From NCBI GenBank assembly GCA_964626665.1, contig CAZVGK010000001.1, positions 156,708 to 220,707 of the forward strand: a stretch of 64,000 nt of DNA. The letters are read 5' to 3'. Each line of letters opens with the position of its first letter. The stretch's first letter is position 1. The notes below the pieces were generated by a model. The model saw only the letters and a program-made list of their open reading frames with translations. It was not told the origin of the DNA and ran no database searches. The DNA comes from an uncultured Gemmatimonadota bacterium (GTDB lineage Bacteria > SM23-81 > DAOVCL01). This document shows, piece after piece, positions 62,416-64,000 of the stretch. Made by a program: the position numbers and the translations under genes.

Positions 62416-63015
62416 ATGCGATATTTATCAAGTGCCCGATATCTCTTTCTTTTTCTACCTTTTGTTTGGTTACTCTCTATATCCTGTGCAACACGTGCCA
62501 CAGTTCAAAGACACAAGAGCCTTATGCCCTCACCTGGAACTTCATCAGAAAATGCTTATGTGCGAGTAGTTATCTCTCCACCTGTTGATGGACAACGAGG
62601 GTTCAAAAAGCAAGCAACTGGCTGGTTGTATCCACTCGTAGTTAGCATTGAGAATCTCACGGATCGGGAACTTGAAATAGGTTTGGAAAACTTTGTTCTT
62701 GCTTTAGCCGCAGGAGAACAAATGGAGCCACTCAATACTCGTAGCTGCCAACAAGCCATAGGACGTGAGGCTGGTGCAGGTGACGAAAATATATTCAGCA
62801 CAGCATGGGACCAAATTAAGATAGACGCCAGTGAAGGCGTTGCCCAATCCATCCTCAAACCCGGTAAAGTTATGCCCACCATGAAGAAGATTGGGGTTCT
62901 ATACTTCCGCAGGCTGTCTGATCATGAGAGACCTGTGGTACTTTTCATCACCGGCTTACAGACACCAGAAGGCTCACAAATTGAGACAATCACGATCAGC
63001 TTCAGTAGCCAATGA
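62416..63015 (+). CDS. Putative lipoprotein with Ig-like domain
   Basis: AGGAG ribosome-binding site; hydrophobic signal ending SISC; V.IEN.T..., G.LYF. Confidence 0.75.
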   Translation: MRYLSSARYLFLFLPFVWLLSISCATRATVQRHKSLMPSPGTSSENAYVRVVISPPVDGQRGFKKQATGWLYPLVVSIENLTDRELEIGLENFVLALAAGEQMEPLNTRSCQQAIGREAGAGDENIFSTAWDQIKIDASEGVAQSILKPGKVMPTMKKIGVLYFRRLSDHERPVVLFITGLQTPEGSQIETITISFSSQ

Positions 63016-63048
63016 CTGTAATGAGTAGGCTAGAAGAGAAGGAATACC

Positions 63049-63648
63049 ATGAAGCAAGACTCTTCTAGTGAAAAAGCAGATCAAACTGCTGAACTTAAGC
63101 ATAGCAGGACAGAATGGCTTAAGTGGGTTGTGCCCTCCGTTACAAGCATACTCATGATACTTGTCGGAGTTATACTCAGCCAACTTTTCCTAAATCGAAC
63201 TGCAATCGTCGGAGAGAGAGCAAAACTCAAACGGGAAATAATCAACCTCCAATACCCGCACCTACAGAAGATCAGACGATTTGCTCGAATAGGCAAGGTT
63301 GCTCAAATAGCAATTGTCCATAATTTCTTCGGAAATGTCGAGAGTGAAAAACGCGAAGTATATCTCTTGCCCAAAATTGCTTACGATGAGAAGGCACGTT
63401 TAGAGTGGGAACGACTGGCTGGTGAGATTGCAGAAGCTAGTGACTTAATTGAACCCGAGATTTATGAAATCCATGAGATGATTGTAAGCTACACAAAAAA
63501 ACATCCAATTCCTGTTCAAAACGGTTCGGACTATACCTATAGTGAAATATCAGGCTACTACTCCGATCATGATAATGTCAAAAGTTGGGTTCTTCTCAAC
63601 GAGTATCTACTCTTAAAAACCGAGAAGTTTCTAGCCATGGAAGAATAG
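63049..63648 (+). CDS. Hypothetical single-TM protein
   Basis: 199-aa ORF with one TM helix. Confidence 0.72.
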   Translation: MKQDSSSEKADQTAELKHSRTEWLKWVVPSVTSILMILVGVILSQLFLNRTAIVGERAKLKREIINLQYPHLQKIRRFARIGKVAQIAIVHNFFGNVESEKREVYLLPKIAYDEKARLEWERLAGEIAEASDLIEPEIYEIHEMIVSYTKKHPIPVQNGSDYTYSEISGYYSDHDNVKSWVLLNEYLLLKTEKFLAMEE

Positions 63649-63716
63649 AACGATTCAAAGCAAGTAAGAGAAGTATCGCAACTCTTTCAAGGGAGATACC
63701 AAAGAAGTTTTAGGAC

Positions 63717-63986
63717 ATGATCATTGAAGGTGCTTTCTTAAAACTACCAGAACTACTGCTGGGACATATGTTCCCTAAGGAACAGTATGAAGCAACTATA
63801 GCGAATCGTCTTGCTATGGGGGTTCTTCTTGAACTATCTGCACGAAATATTGAACTTCCCATGCATCGGATTCATCTGGAGAAGCCCTATAAAGATGTGT
63901 CTAAATCACGATCTCCAGGTCGAGCAGATCTCTATGTTAACTTACAACCCACATTCCGGAAAAAATTTAAGGTCAAACACGGATAA
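63717..63986 (+). CDS. Hypothetical protein, possibly a truncated PD-(D/E)xK nuclease-like protein
   Basis: HLEKPY......GRADLYV; ends abruptly near window edge. Confidence 0.45.
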   Translation: MIIEGAFLKLPELLLGHMFPKEQYEATIANRLAMGVLLELSARNIELPMHRIHLEKPYKDVSKSRSPGRADLYVNLQPTFRKKFKVKHG

Positions 63987-64000
63987 ATACAACGATTTCA

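Noticed and set aside
54600-64000. Integron cassette array
   Set aside because: Only short RYYYAAC/GTTRRRY-like pairs (about 54676-54695 and 56361-56392), too short and not repeated after each gene; no integron integrase in the window.
1-64000. CRISPR array or rRNA genes
   Set aside because: No regularly spaced repeat-spacer series and no rRNA signatures seen.

Overview
Bacterial chromosomal window, probably from an FCB-superphylum candidate lineage (inferred from the RpoC '[14 protein letters not shown]' segment and the 'QNYPNPFN' C-terminal sorting domains). Layout: (1) 1-6781, end of a flagellar cluster (flhA-flhF-flhG-orf-fliA, a FliK-like gene, a tiny FlhB-tail-like ORF and a FapA-like gene). 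(2) A decayed REP-associated tyrosine transposase and an orphan ferredoxin-etfA gene preceded by a candidate structured RNA. (3) 9374-51212, the minus-strand translation superoperon (tRNAs, tuf-rpmG-tRNA-Trp-secE-nusG-rplKAJL-rpoBC-rpsLG-fusA-tuf, S10, spc, alpha). It is interrupted twice by co-oriented genes for large secreted proteins: a gingipain-like C25 protease plus a beta-helix protein between rplW and rplB, and a beta-propeller plus an M23 peptidase between tuf and rpsJ. The spacers carry short heptamer and palindromic repeat elements. (4) cysS and glnA. (5) 54300-64000, an AT-richer accessory region of plus-strand cargo genes (frameshifted HEAT-LemA fusion, type II restriction-modification system, membrane and lipoprotein unknowns) alternating with repeated integrase and Mu-like portal gene stumps. 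All calls come from reading the sequence; no searches were run.
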